Assembly: GCA_963705165.1 (NCBI GenBank)
Contig: CAVPJD010000033.1
Coordinates: 1 to 64,000 of the forward strand
Direction: 5' to 3'
Source: an uncultured delta proteobacterium
GTDB taxonomy: Bacteria > Desulfobacterota > Syntrophia > Syntrophales > UBA2192
DNA: 64,000 nt
Shown: positions 51,883 through 61,891 of the stretch, one piece after another
Layout: every line of letters begins with the position of its first letter
Numbering within the stretch: position 1 is the stretch's first letter
Program-made: the position numbers and the translations under genes
Notes under the pieces: model-generated
The model's database searches: none
What the model was told of the DNA's origin: nothing
Seen by the model: the letters and a program-made list of their open reading frames with translations, nothing else

Positions 51883-51925
51883 AAAAAAGACCTGCCCCGT
51901 CGAATGCCTCGACGCACGGCAGGTC
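51883..51925 (-). terminator. Intrinsic terminator of the minus-strand operon
   Basis: GACCTGCC...GGCAGGTC preceded on the plus strand by A6. Confidence 0.7.
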
Positions 51926-51973
51926 CTCGATCGCGCTGACATCACCGCCCCGTAATTCCTCTTCGGGGTCCTG

Positions 51974-52648
51974 TTACCGACTCTTCTGAAAACCGTTTTT
52001 CGACAGGAAGTCCTTCACGTCCCTGAAGGTGCGGTATTTGCTAACGCCCCGCTGCTCCTTCTCCGACAGCCGCGTCCAGAGGATCCCCTTGGCGAAAACG
52101 AGATCGGCCTTCCGGGCGGGGCACAAATCGGAATACCCGTCGCCGACGTAGAGGATCTTCCCGTAGCCCGCCTGACAGGACTCGAGGATGTTGCTCTTGC
52201 AGGTCCCGCACTTGTTGCAGGCCTCATTGGCGTGGGGAAATTCGATGGCCAGGGGCTTTTCGTCCTTGAAGGTCATCACGTTGGAATAGAAGGGGATGTC
52301 GGCAATCCCGTGTCTCTTGAGAACGAAATCGATGTAGAAATCCAGGCCGTCGGAAACGACCTTCACATCGATGCCGTGCTCCCGGCAGTAGGCATAGAAC
52401 TCCTTGAAGTGGGGGTCGATGACGGTGTTTTCGGCCACGAACCGCAGCATGTCCTCCCGGGTGCCTCCCAGGATGGCCGCAATGCGGCCATAAGCCTCCA
52501 TCGATCCGATCCGGCCTTCGCAGTAGTCCCGGTCGATGTCGTCCCAGCCCTGCCCGCTGAATTTCAGGAGCACCTCGTAGCCCACGTCGGTGAGGCTCAG
52601 GGTCCCGTCAAAATCGGTGAGGACCAGAAGCGGTTTTTTTATTTCCAT
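51974..52648 (-). CDS. MtnX-like HAD-IB phosphatase
   Basis: DFDGT, VSDG, CGTCK, GDGYSD. Confidence 0.85.
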   Translation of the reverse strand: MEIKKPLLVLTDFDGTLSLTDVGYEVLLKFSGQGWDDIDRDYCEGRIGSMEAYGRIAAILGGTREDMLRFVAENTVIDPHFKEFYAYCREHGIDVKVVSDGLDFYIDFVLKRHGIADIPFYSNVMTFKDEKPLAIEFPHANEACNKCGTCKSNILESCQAGYGKILYVGDGYSDLCPARKADLVFAKGILWTRLSEKEQRGVSKYRTFRDVKDFLSKNGFQKSR

Positions 52649-52666
52649 CTCGTGAGATCCGCTCCC

Positions 52667-52990
52667 TCAGGACGCCTTCTTCTTCATGTACTTGAAAAGA
52701 AAAAACCCCGCAACAATGAGCAGGACCGATCGCACCAGGTTCATGGATGTCGCACTCATCTGGCCAAACCAGTTCTCGAAAAACAGAAACAGCAGACCCG
52801 CCGCCCCGATGACCCATCCACCAAGATCCCGGTGACTCTGGACCAGCGTGAACAGGGCAAACACAATAATGAGGATCGGCCAGCTCTTGTCCAGGCTGTA
52901 GATGCCAAAGGTGCTCAAGAGGACCAGCACACCCAGGGTCAACAGGATAACCGCACCCGATAAGACTTTCATCTTCTCTTTCGCTTCCAC
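52667..52990 (-). CDS. Small membrane protein (LiaF/DUF5668-like)
   Basis: Four short TM helices, WP.LII motif; GGAAAGGAG RBS before GTG. Confidence 0.7.
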   Translation of the reverse strand: MEAKEKMKVLSGAVILLTLGVLVLLSTFGIYSLDKSWPILIIVFALFTLVQSHRDLGGWVIGAAGLLFLFFENWFGQMSATSMNLVRSVLLIVAGFFLFKYMKKKAS

Positions 52991-53026
52991 GTCTTCTCCT
53001 TTCCGATGAACGGGCATCAGCGCCGC

Positions 53027-53779
53027 TCAGCCCTTGTCCTCTCTTTTGAAAAATATGTTCAACATGTCGATGGGGATCGGGAAGACCGTCGTCGTGTTGT
53101 TCTCCGTCCCGATCTGCACCAGGGTCTGCAGGTACCGGAGCTGGAGCGCCATCGGTTGCTGCTGCATGAGGGCCGCCGCCTCGGTGAGCTTCTGGGCTGC
53201 CTGAAACTCGCCTTCCGCTGCGATGATCTTGGCTCGCCTTTCCCTTTCCGCCTCGGCCTGCTTGGCCATGGCCCGCTGCATGTCGGGCGGCAGGTCGATG
53301 TACTTCACCTCCACATGGGTCACCTTGATCCCCCAGGGGTAGGTGCTGCGGTCCAGGATCTCCTGGATGTGGAGGTTGACCTTGTCCCGCGACGCCAGGA
53401 TCTCGTCGAGTTCCACCTGGCCGCAGACGCTTCTCAGCGTCGTCTGGGCAAGCTGGGAGGTGGCATACAGGAAGTTTTCAACCTCGACGATGGCATTCAT
53501 GGAGTCCACGACGCGGAAATAGACGACGGCGTTCACCTTGATGGAGACGTTGTCCCGGGTGATGACGTCCTGCGACGGCACGTCCATGGTGATCGTGCGC
53601 GTGTCCACGCGGACCATGCGGTCCACGACGGGGATGAGTATGATGAGACCGGGCCCCTTCGTGGGAATGATCCTTCCGAGGCGGAAGATGACGGCCCGTT
53701 CATATTCATTGAGGATCCGGATGGACGCGGCCAGAAACATGATGACGAGTACGACAACGACAATGATCGGATACAACAT
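53027..53779 (-). CDS. SPFH/stomatin-like (slipin) protein
   Basis: [39 protein letters not shown]. Confidence 0.95.
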   Translation of the reverse strand: MLYPIIVVVVLVIMFLAASIRILNEYERAVIFRLGRIIPTKGPGLIILIPVVDRMVRVDTRTITMDVPSQDVITRDNVSIKVNAVVYFRVVDSMNAIVEVENFLYATSQLAQTTLRSVCGQVELDEILASRDKVNLHIQEILDRSTYPWGIKVTHVEVKYIDLPPDMQRAMAKQAEAERERRAKIIAAEGEFQAAQKLTEAAALMQQQPMALQLRYLQTLVQIGTENNTTTVFPIPIDMLNIFFKREDKG

Positions 53780-53791
53780 AAACACCCCCTT

Positions 53792-55114
53792 CTACGTTTC
53801 TTCTACCACTTCAATTTTCAACCCATTGACTCGCACGACTTTCACGGGACGGCCCTTTTCGATGGACGCCTTGCTGCATGCGTCCCAGTATTCGCCCCGG
53901 ATGAGTACCTTTCCTCGCCCGGATACCTCCGAAACGGTTTCCCCCACCGCACCGATCATGCCCTCCCCGCCGGTAAGAACCTTGCGCATCTGGGCCCGGA
54001 CGGCAATCGAGATGACAGCGATGAAGAACAGCGAGACAATCGCCACCGTCGGGACCAGCACGCTCCAGGACACCCGGAGGGCGGGGTCGGGTGACTCGAA
54101 GAGCATGATGGAGCCCAGGACAAGCGAGACGACGCCCCCCATCGTGAGCACGCCGTGGCTGACCACCTTGATCTCGGCGATAAAGAGGATCACGGCAAAG
54201 ATGATCAGGAGGATGCCGGCATAATTCACGGGAAGGGTCTGGAATGCAAAGAATGCCAGGATCAGCGAGATCCCGCCGATGATTCCCGGCAGAACCACGC
54301 CCGGGGAAGAAAACTCGAAGTAAAGCCCCGCAAGCCCGAGGAGGAACAGGATATAGGCGATGTTGGGGTTCGAGATGGTGATGAGCACCTTCTCGCGAAA
54401 ACCCATTTCCTTCCGGTTGAGCTCGGCCCCTTTCGTTTTCAAGACTCTGTTGCCGGAGGCCAGTTTGACCTCGCGCCCGTCGATCTTCTCGAGAAGATCG
54501 TTCACGTCTTTGGCGATCACATCGATGACGTTGAGCTTCAGGGCTTCCTCGGCCGTCACGGAGACGCTCTTGCGGATGGCCTCCTCGATCCAGTCGGCGT
54601 TGCGTCCCTTCTGTTCGGCAATGCCCCGCCCGTAGGCCACGGCGTCATTTTCGACCTTCTCCATCATCGTCTCGTCGGCCTTGCCGAGGCCCATGGCCAC
54701 GGGGTGGGCCGCGCCGATATTGGTCCCGGGTGCCATGGCCGCCACGTGGGCCGAAATCGTGATGAGCACCCCCGCCGAGGCCGCCCGCGCGCCCTGGGGC
54801 GACACGTAGACGACGACGGGAATAGAGGCGTTGAGACACTCCTTGATGATGTCCCGCATGGACAGATCGAGCCCCCCGGGCGTGTCGAGCTGGATGACGA
54901 TGGCCTCGGAACCCGACTCGGTGGCCTGCCTGATGCTCTTGACGATATACTCCCCGATGGGCGGGGTGATGACCTCGTTGACGACGACGACATCGACGAT
55001 GCGTTTCTCCTCGGCTGCCTGAAGGACGAGGCCAGGCGCCGCGGCTGCAAGGAGATACGCTGCGACAGCGGCCAGCAGCACCCGCATTCTTTTATCGGGG
55101 ATCTTTTTCATCAC
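53792..55114 (-). CDS. nfeD: NfeD membrane-bound serine protease
   Basis: LDTPGG, AASAG, IGAAHPV, C-terminal OB domain GE.W.A; paired with SPFH. Confidence 0.93.
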   Translation of the reverse strand: MMKKIPDKRMRVLLAAVAAYLLAAAAPGLVLQAAEEKRIVDVVVVNEVITPPIGEYIVKSIRQATESGSEAIVIQLDTPGGLDLSMRDIIKECLNASIPVVVYVSPQGARAASAGVLITISAHVAAMAPGTNIGAAHPVAMGLGKADETMMEKVENDAVAYGRGIAEQKGRNADWIEEAIRKSVSVTAEEALKLNVIDVIAKDVNDLLEKIDGREVKLASGNRVLKTKGAELNRKEMGFREKVLITISNPNIAYILFLLGLAGLYFEFSSPGVVLPGIIGGISLILAFFAFQTLPVNYAGILLIIFAVILFIAEIKVVSHGVLTMGGVVSLVLGSIMLFESPDPALRVSWSVLVPTVAIVSLFFIAVISIAVRAQMRKVLTGGEGMIGAVGETVSEVSGRGKVLIRGEYWDACSKASIEKGRPVKVVRVNGLKIEVVEET

Positions 55115-55120
55115 TTGCCC

Positions 55121-55866
55121 TCACAGGATCTTCATGATTTTCTGCACGTCTTCCCAGACCAGTTTCTTTGCGTCGGGGTTTCGAAGGAGATACGCCGGGT
55201 GATAGGTCGGCATGAGCTTGCGGCCGTGGTAGTCGTGGAATTTCCCCCGTATCGCCGAGATGGGCGACTCGGTGCGAAGCAGCGTCTTTGCCGCAAAGGT
55301 CCCCAGCGCACAGATGATCGCCGGGTTGATGGCCTCGAGCTGTTTCAGCAGGAAGGGCTCGCAGGTCGCGATTTCGTCTTCCTTCGGGTTGCGGTTCGCA
55401 GGCGGACGGCACTTCAGGATGTTGCAGATGTAGACTTCCTCGCGCTTGAGCCCCATGGCGTCGATGATCTTTGTCAGGAGCTGCCCCGCCCGGCCCACGA
55501 ACGGCCGACCCTGGTTGTCTTCTTCCTCGCCCGGGGCCTCTCCGACGAAGACGAGCCTTGCCTTCGCGCTCCCCTCGCCGAAGACGAGGTTTTTGCGCGT
55601 GCGGTGAAGGGGACACCGGGTGCAATCGCCCAGTTCCTCGCGGACCCCGGCCAGGGGCAGGCGACGTCTTGCTGGTGCCGGCTTTCGCCGTTGCCTTTGC
55701 GGCAAGACAGATCCCGCTTGCCGTCTTCCTCCAGCCGGGGAATGGTTTCACGCTTCATCGTCAGGCGCGAGACGGGATTGTAGGCATCCTTTTCGTTTGC
55801 AACGTGATTTTTCAGGGCGCCCACGAGATGCTGCAGCTCGCTATGAAGATTATCTTTTTTTCCCAC
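55121..55866 (-). CDS. Family 4 uracil-DNA glycosylase; N-terminal linker frameshifted (55650-55720)
   Basis: CTRC.L, GEAPG, PFVG.AG, KCRPP.NR.P, TYHPAYLLR. Confidence 0.9.
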
Positions 55867-57070
55867 GGGATGCCCCTTTTTGTTTCCCCATGAGCTCCAG
55901 TACACGGTCCAGGATCCGCGCGGCAACGTCCATCTTGTCCATCAGGGGCAGATCCACCGAGCCCCCTTCGCGGTCGAGGATCTTGACGATATTGGTCTGC
56001 GCCGCAAATCCCGCGCCGGGCTGGGTGATGTCGTTTGCCACGATGAGGTCCATGTTCTTTTCCATCATCTTCTTCGTGGCGTACCGGATCAGGTTGTCCG
56101 TCTCGACGGCAAACCCCACCAGGATCCGTTTGCCTTTGACGCGACCCACTTCGGAGATGATGTCGGGGTTGCGCTCGAGGCGGATCTCCAGAGGCCCGCC
56201 TGACTTCTTGATTTTCGATTCCGAGAAGCCCGCCGGCCGGTAATCGGCCACGGCGGCGGACTTGACGACAACAGTCGCTTTCTCCAGATTCGCCATGACG
56301 GCGTCCCGCATCTGACGGGCCGACGAGACGGACACAAACTCCACACCCCGCGGCTGCGGCAGGCTGGTGGGGCCGCTGACAAGCGTGACCTTCGCCCCGC
56401 GGCGCTTCGCCATCACGGCGACGGCATAGCCCATCTTGCCCGTGGAGTAGTTCGTGATGAACCGGACGGGGTCGAAGGCCTCCCTCGTGGGCCCCGCCGT
56501 GACGAGGACTCGCTGCCCCTGCAGATCCTTCACGGTGAGGATGTCTTCCACGTCCTCGACGATGTCTTCCAGGGGGGCAAGCCGGCCGTACCCTTCCGTC
56601 TTGCACGCCAGCTCTCCGTAGCCCGCATCGACAAACCGGTAGCCCATCGCGGCCAGTTTCTCCATGTTCTCACGGACAATCGGGTTTGCGTACATGTTCA
56701 CGTTCATGGCGGGGCAGATCAGGACAGGCGCCCGGGTGGCCATGACCGTCGTCGTGAGCAGATCGTCGGCAATACCGCCTGCAATCTTCCCGACCACGTT
56801 CGCCGTGGCCGGGGCCACAACGACGATGTGGGCGCTCTCGGCGAGCGTGATGTGCCCGATTTCCCACTCTCCCGTCAGCTGGAACGTGTCCGCGTAGACC
56901 GGGTTTCCCGTGAGGGTCTGGAAGGTGAGCGGGGTGATGAACTCCGTTGCGTTCTTCGTCATGATGACGTGGACGCCAGCCCCGCGCTTGATGAATTCCC
57001 GCGACAGTTCGGCCGCTTTGTACGCCGCGATGCCGCCGGTCACCCCGAGGACGATCTTTTTGTCTTTCAT
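55850..57070 (-). CDS. coaBC: Bifunctional phosphopantothenoylcysteine decarboxylase/ligase
   Basis: GGIAAYKA, PAMN..M, TAGPT.E..DPVR, GKMG, GFA.ET. Confidence 0.97.
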   Translation of the reverse strand: MKDKKIVLGVTGGIAAYKAAELSREFIKRGAGVHVIMTKNATEFITPLTFQTLTGNPVYADTFQLTGEWEIGHITLAESAHIVVVAPATANVVGKIAGGIADDLLTTTVMATRAPVLICPAMNVNMYANPIVRENMEKLAAMGYRFVDAGYGELACKTEGYGRLAPLEDIVEDVEDILTVKDLQGQRVLVTAGPTREAFDPVRFITNYSTGKMGYAVAVMAKRRGAKVTLVSGPTSLPQPRGVEFVSVSSARQMRDAVMANLEKATVVVKSAAVADYRPAGFSESKIKKSGGPLEIRLERNPDIISEVGRVKGKRILVGFAVETDNLIRYATKKMMEKNMDLIVANDITQPGAGFAAQTNIVKILDREGGSVDLPLMDKMDVAARILDRVLELMGKQKGASRGKKR

Positions 57071-57117
57071 CCGTTGCGCTCCCGATGTGTTCGTGATACC
57101 CGCTTCATGATCCTCTC

Positions 57118-57750
57118 TCAGATCAGGTAGTCGAGACCCGTGAGGCCGAAGTAGATGCCGAAACCGATCAGCACGACCGCGCAGGCCGCGACCACTCCCC
57201 GGTAGACGGCCGGGCGGATGTGCTTGCGGCCCTTCCAGACGAGGAACGACACCAGGGTGTACCAGGCAAAGTCAGCGGAGATGTGACCGGTGAAGAAGGC
57301 CAGCATCCCTGCCCATCCGAACTTCATGCACCAGAATACGTAACCGAGCCCGATCGTGGCCCACCAGATGATCCAGTATGGGTTCGACAGGCTCGAGAGA
57401 ATTCCCGAAAGCACGGGCCCGGAGTTGCTCCCCCCGGAGGCCTCGAGGTCGAGGTCAAGAGTCCTCAAGCTTCTGAGCATCCCGCAGGACATCCAGAGAA
57501 GAACCGCACCGCCGGCTACACCGACCACACCGAGAACCACCGGATGGTTGATGAAATGGACGAAACCGAGGACGAGCAGCGAAAAAAGGGCCAGCTCCAG
57601 AAGCGAGTGTCCCACCATGATCAGGGGACCTGCCCGCAGCCCGATCCGGGATGCCTCCGTAATCGTCACGGCAAGCACGGGGCCCGGCATGAGGGCCCCC
57701 GAAAGGGCGATGACGAAGGACGAGCCGAATATCAGGGCAAGGTCTTCCAT
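57118..57750 (-). CDS. LysE-family transporter
   Basis: SGALMPGP, GH..LE, NPY...WW. Confidence 0.88.
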   Translation of the reverse strand: MEDLALIFGSSFVIALSGALMPGPVLAVTITEASRIGLRAGPLIMVGHSLLELALFSLLVLGFVHFINHPVVLGVVGVAGGAVLLWMSCGMLRSLRTLDLDLEASGGSNSGPVLSGILSSLSNPYWIIWWATIGLGYVFWCMKFGWAGMLAFFTGHISADFAWYTLVSFLVWKGRKHIRPAVYRGVVAACAVVLIGFGIYFGLTGLDYLI

Positions 57751-57753
57751 GTA

Positions 57754-57834
57754 CCCTTTGCTTTATGCCTGAATCCCCAATCCCGAATCCATTTCCTTTT
57801 TTCCCTGAGCCCTTTGCCCTATGCCCTAAGCCTG
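57754..57834. repeat. Two 7-bp arrays in the lysE 5' region
   Basis: CCTGAAT CCCCAAT CCCGAAT; CCCTGAG CCCTTTG CCCTATG CCCTAAG CCTG. Confidence 0.75.
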
Positions 57835-58017
57835 AAAATTCAATATAACAAATCACGCGGAACGTCAAGGAATGAAAGCCTTTTCGGACCGTTTAACCGC
57901 CCGGCTGCGCAATGGTCATGGTACTTGAAATTTTTTTGTTTACGGGTATGATGGATGACGCTTCGGGCTCTTGCGCAGTGCCCCCGATGTCAGTCCAATC
58001 ATGGAGTACAAGCCGTC

Positions 58018-59430
58018 ATGAACCGAATGTACCTGCTGCTCTTCGGCTTCGCAATCGCTCTCGCGGGGGCCGCCCTCTGGGCCTTCAACACGATCCTGGA
58101 GTTCGAAAAACCCGCCATTGTCCTGAAAGACGACATCTCCACGATCGGCCCGGGGAAGGCCATCGCCCTGACCGTCTCCGATCAGAAGAGCGGGATCCGG
58201 AACGTTTCCGTCACGATCAGCCAGGAAGGCAGGGATCAGGTTGTATTGTCCGAAAACTACGCCCGGGGGACAAGGGAACAAATGCTGAGTCCCGAGCTGA
58301 ACCTGCGCGGGCTGAATCTCAAGGACGGCCCGGCGACAATCACCATCACGGCCGAGGATCATTCCTGGCTGAAAAACCGGACCACGCTCGCCGTGGATAC
58401 GTCCATTGACACGGTGCCGCCGCAGATCGGAATGATAAGTTCCGCCCACAACGTCAACGCCGGGGGTACCGGGGTCGCCCTGTACCGGCTTTCGGAGGAA
58501 GTGACCCGCACGGGTATCCGTGTGGGGGATCGCTTTTTCCAGGGCTACCCCTACGCCATCCAGGGCAAACCCTGCCACATCGCCTATTTCGCCATCCCGC
58601 CCTCGGCCTCCAAAGGGGGTCTCAAGATCCTGATTACCGCGCGGGACAAGGCCGGAAACGAATCGTCCGTGGCTCTCCCTCATCTTGTGAGAGAAAAGAA
58701 ATTCAAGGCGGATCAGATCACCCTCAGCCGCGCCTTCCTGGAACAGAAAATGCCGGAGTTCAGGCAGCATGATCCCCGGGTCCCGGCCACGCCCCTGGAG
58801 GCCTTCCTGTTCGTCAACGAGACGCTGCGCAGCGAGAACACCAAGACGATCCAGGCAGCCGGCAGCAAGTCCCAGCCCAAGGCGCTTTGGGAGGGAACCT
58901 TCCTGCGCATGAAGAACGCGGCGCCCATGGCCGGCTTCGCCCAGGCGAGAACCTATTTCTTCGAGGGGATGGCCGTGAGCAAGAGCACCCATTATGGTGT
59001 CGATCTCGCCTCGACGGAGCGAGCTCCGATTGAATCGGCAAACGGCGGTGTGATCGTTTTTGCCGGATACCTCGGCATCTACGGCAACACCGTTATTGTG
59101 GATCATGGCCTGGGGCTCGCCAGCCTTTACGGGCACATGTCGGATATCAGCGTCAAGGTGGGACAAAACGTTGCACGGGGAGAGACGCTGGGCAACAGCG
59201 GCGTCACGGGGCTTGCCGGTGGCGACCACCTGCACTTCAGCATCCTCGTCGGCGGGGAGTTCGTGAACCCCACGGAGTGGTGGGACGCCCACTGGATCCA
59301 GGACAACGTGACGGGCAAGCTGACCGAGACGGCACCGCAGGCCGCCTCCCCCACATCGAAGGCGCAACCGCCGAAAGCCAAGGCGAAAAAGAAAGGGTCC
59401 AGGGTCAAGGGTTCAGGGTCCAGGGAATAG
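58018..59430 (+). CDS. M23 family metallopeptidase (long form)
   Basis: N-terminal TM, HYGVD, YGN...DHG, YGHMS, GDHLHF, P.EWWD. Confidence 0.92.
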   Translation: MNRMYLLLFGFAIALAGAALWAFNTILEFEKPAIVLKDDISTIGPGKAIALTVSDQKSGIRNVSVTISQEGRDQVVLSENYARGTREQMLSPELNLRGLNLKDGPATITITAEDHSWLKNRTTLAVDTSIDTVPPQIGMISSAHNVNAGGTGVALYRLSEEVTRTGIRVGDRFFQGYPYAIQGKPCHIAYFAIPPSASKGGLKILITARDKAGNESSVALPHLVREKKFKADQITLSRAFLEQKMPEFRQHDPRVPATPLEAFLFVNETLRSENTKTIQAAGSKSQPKALWEGTFLRMKNAAPMAGFAQARTYFFEGMAVSKSTHYGVDLASTERAPIESANGGVIVFAGYLGIYGNTVIVDHGLGLASLYGHMSDISVKVGQNVARGETLGNSGVTGLAGGDHLHFSILVGGEFVNPTEWWDAHWIQDNVTGKLTETAPQAASPTSKAQPPKAKAKKKGSRVKGSGSRE

Positions 59431-59597
59431 GATCAAAATGCCATGGGCAGGGTCCAGGGTACCGGGTCCAGAAAACAAAGTCTGGGACAGATTCGATTTC
59501 TATGCTGAACGATAAAACCCCCTGCAGCCTTGCTGCAGGGGGTTTTTCTTTGTCTTATCTTCACCCTGAACCCTGGACCCTAGACCCTGTACCCTAG
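59394..59597. repeat. AGGGTNN arrays at both convergent stops, flanking a bidirectional terminator
   Basis: AGGGTCC AGGGTCA AGGGTTC AGGGTCC AGGG (59394-59425), second array 59449-59471, inverted CCCTGAA CCCTGGA CCCTAGA CCCTGTA CCCTAG (59564-59597). Confidence 0.88.
59514..59551. terminator. Bidirectional intrinsic terminator
   Basis: AAAACCCCCTGCAGC-ctt-GCTGCAGGGGGTTTTT. Confidence 0.85.
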
Positions 59598-60460
59598 GCC
59601 CTGTGGATATCCCGGTGGGCTGTGTTCACCAGATAATTCTCGCCGGCAAAATACCGGGCCAGGCGGGTGGTCATGACGACGGAGCGGTGCTTGCCGCCCG
59701 TACAGCCCAGGGCCACGTTGAGGTTTGATTTGCCTTCTTTCTCGTAAAGCGGGATCAGGAATTCCATCATGTCCAGCATCTTCTGAAGAAAAGTCTGACT
59801 CTCCTCCCACCCCATGACGTACTCCTGAATTTTCTCGTCCTCCCCGTTTAGGTGCTTCAGCTCTTCGATAAAGTAGGGGTTGGGCAGGAACCTGACGTCC
59901 AGCACAATATCCGCCTCGGGAGGAAGCCCGTAGCGGAAGCCGAACGACATCAGGTTGATCACGAGGCGCTTCTCGGTGGTCGACGTCATGAAGTGGCGCT
60001 GGATGACGTCCTTGAGCTGATGGACGTTGAACGAGGAGGTGTCGACGATTTTGTCCGCCATCGCCCGCAGGGCCGAGAGTTTCTCCCGCTCCAGCGCAAT
60101 CCCCTCCATCACGGTCCCCCGCTCGCAGAGCGGGTGCGCCCGCCTCGTCTCGCGGAACCTCCTCAGCAGCGAGTCGTCGCTGGCGTCCAGAAAAAGGATC
60201 TCGATCCGGTGCCCCTCCTCCTTGAGTTTGGCGAAGATCTCCGCATACTTCTCCAGGAAGTACCGTTCCCGCAGATCCATGACGAGGGCCACCTTGCTGA
60301 TCTCGCTGGCGGCGTCGGTCTGGATCTCGAGAAGCTTCGGCAGCAGGACGACGGGCAGGTTGTCGACGCAGAAAAATCCAACGTCCTCCAGCGCCCGAAG
60401 GGCCGTGCTCTTGCCGGAGCCGGACATGCCGGTGACGATAATGATTTTCAGGTTCTGCAT
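59594..60460 (-). CDS. rapZ: RNase adapter / P-loop nucleotide-binding protein
   Basis: [37 protein letters not shown]. Confidence 0.96.
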   Translation of the reverse strand: MQNLKIIIVTGMSGSGKSTALRALEDVGFFCVDNLPVVLLPKLLEIQTDAASEISKVALVMDLRERYFLEKYAEIFAKLKEEGHRIEILFLDASDDSLLRRFRETRRAHPLCERGTVMEGIALEREKLSALRAMADKIVDTSSFNVHQLKDVIQRHFMTSTTEKRLVINLMSFGFRYGLPPEADIVLDVRFLPNPYFIEELKHLNGEDEKIQEYVMGWEESQTFLQKMLDMMEFLIPLYEKEGKSNLNVALGCTGGKHRSVVMTTRLARYFAGENYLVNTAHRDIHRA

Positions 60461-60646
60461 TCAGCACCTCCGGGCAGGCGCAAGCGCCGGAACAATGGAT
60501 GGCTCGAATACGGGAACAGGGGGAAAAGACGGTACTGCAGGAAAGGATGTTGAATAAGGGATGCCAGGGGAAGTCTGTTCATCGGGTCACGCCCTGTGAA
60601 CCTGTCCGCAACACCTTCGATGGGGCGCCGGCGGGCCGTATGCCTT

Positions 60647-61108
60647 TTAGTAGGCGTCGTCTTTGTCGGCGATTTTCCGGTAGAGTTCCTCTACGTTCTT
60701 GGCCGACATGAGGTCGCTTCGGAATTCCGGGTCCTTGAGCATGCGCGAAATCTTTGCCAGAGCCTTGAGGTGCTGACCCGTCGAACTCTCCGGCGCCATT
60801 AGCAGGAAAAAGATGTGGACGGGCTTTCCGTCAATGGCTTCGAAGTCGATCCCCTCCCGGCTGCGCCCGAAGGAAATGACCAGGCCCTCCAGGCCCTTGA
60901 GCTTTCCGTGCGGAATGGCGATGCCGTCGCCGATCCCCGTGCTGCCCAGTCTTTCACGATCCAGCAGGACATCGACCATCGCCTCGCTCTGAATGCCCTC
61001 GTGATCACGGGTGAAGATTTCCGACAATTCCGCCAGGACGGCACGCTTGGATTTCGCCTTCAGCGCCTCTATGATGTATTCCCTCTTGAACATGTCGGTA
61101 ATCTGCAT
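60647..61108 (-). CDS. ptsN: PTS IIA(Ntr)-like protein
   Basis: RE.LGSTGIG.GIAIPH phospho-His motif; in the rpoN cluster. Confidence 0.92.
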   Translation of the reverse strand: MQITDMFKREYIIEALKAKSKRAVLAELSEIFTRDHEGIQSEAMVDVLLDRERLGSTGIGDGIAIPHGKLKGLEGLVISFGRSREGIDFEAIDGKPVHIFFLLMAPESSTGQHLKALAKISRMLKDPEFRSDLMSAKNVEELYRKIADKDDAY

Positions 61109-61123
61109 GGGGGGTCCCTCCGC

Positions 61124-61663
61124 TCAGCTGTTGGCCTCTAGCAGGGCGAAGTTCCCGTCATCCCGGCGGTAGATGACGCTGATGTTCTCCGAGTGGGCAT
61201 CCCGGTAGATGACGAAACGGTTCCGGGATGACTCCATTTCGAGAATGGCCTCATCCAGGGACATGGGCTTCAGGACAACCCTGCGGGTTTCGACGACCCT
61301 CAGCTTCAATTCCTCTTCGAAAGGGACCGGCGCCTCACGAAGTCCGCCCATATCCTCGGACCGGTTCGCATTGGCCTTGTGTTCCCGGCTCTTTTCCTTG
61401 TGCTTCTTGATCTGGCGCTCGATCTTGTCGATGACGTTGTCGATGGCCAGCTGCATGTCCTTGGCCTCTTCCTTGCCGACCAGGCTGATGCCTTTTGCCA
61501 TGATGTTGATCTCGGCCACATACCTGAATTTCTCAACGGAGAGGACGACGTGGGCATCTACGGGCTTGTCGATGTATTTCTGGATTCTGCTCAGCCGTTC
61601 CGTCACATAATCCTTGAACCAACTTTCCGACCCCGTATTCCGAAAGGTCACGGAAACCTGCAT
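61124..61663 (-). CDS. hpf: Ribosome hibernation promoting factor (long HPF)
   Basis: AID...DK.ERQ.KK.K, KPMS.DEA, VIYRR.DG. Confidence 0.94.
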   Translation of the reverse strand: MQVSVTFRNTGSESWFKDYVTERLSRIQKYIDKPVDAHVVLSVEKFRYVAEINIMAKGISLVGKEEAKDMQLAIDNVIDKIERQIKKHKEKSREHKANANRSEDMGGLREAPVPFEEELKLRVVETRRVVLKPMSLDEAILEMESSRNRFVIYRDAHSENISVIYRRDDGNFALLEANS

Positions 61664-61716
61664 ACTTCGTTGCCTCCTCATCCTTCTGTAGGTTGTGTTT
61701 GCCCCCGACCCTCATC

Positions 61717-61821
61717 CCGGCGTCGCTGCAAGATTGACGCCCCGGAAGGGGCAAGACGACCGGCGTGATTCTGTCACGCGGTGAATCACGCAGCGGCCCT
61801 CCATCAAATAACGGTGGCCGC
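61717..61821 (-). ncRNA. Candidate structured 5' leader of hpf
   Basis: Three adjacent stem-loops between a TTGACA promoter and the hpf RBS. Confidence 0.35.
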
Positions 61822-61862
61822 CGCGAAAAAGGCTGCCGGTTCCATCTGAAAAAGAAGCTCTG

Positions 61863-61891
61863 CTCTTAAGCCAGATGCAGAAAATTGTCAA
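61863..61891 (-). promoter_or_regulatory. Putative internal promoter for hpf
   Basis: TTGACA-17bp-TAAGAG, starting right after the rpoN stop. Confidence 0.55.

Noticed and set aside
53027..55114. NfeD-SPFH pair as a novel system
   Set aside because: Well-known, widespread gene pair
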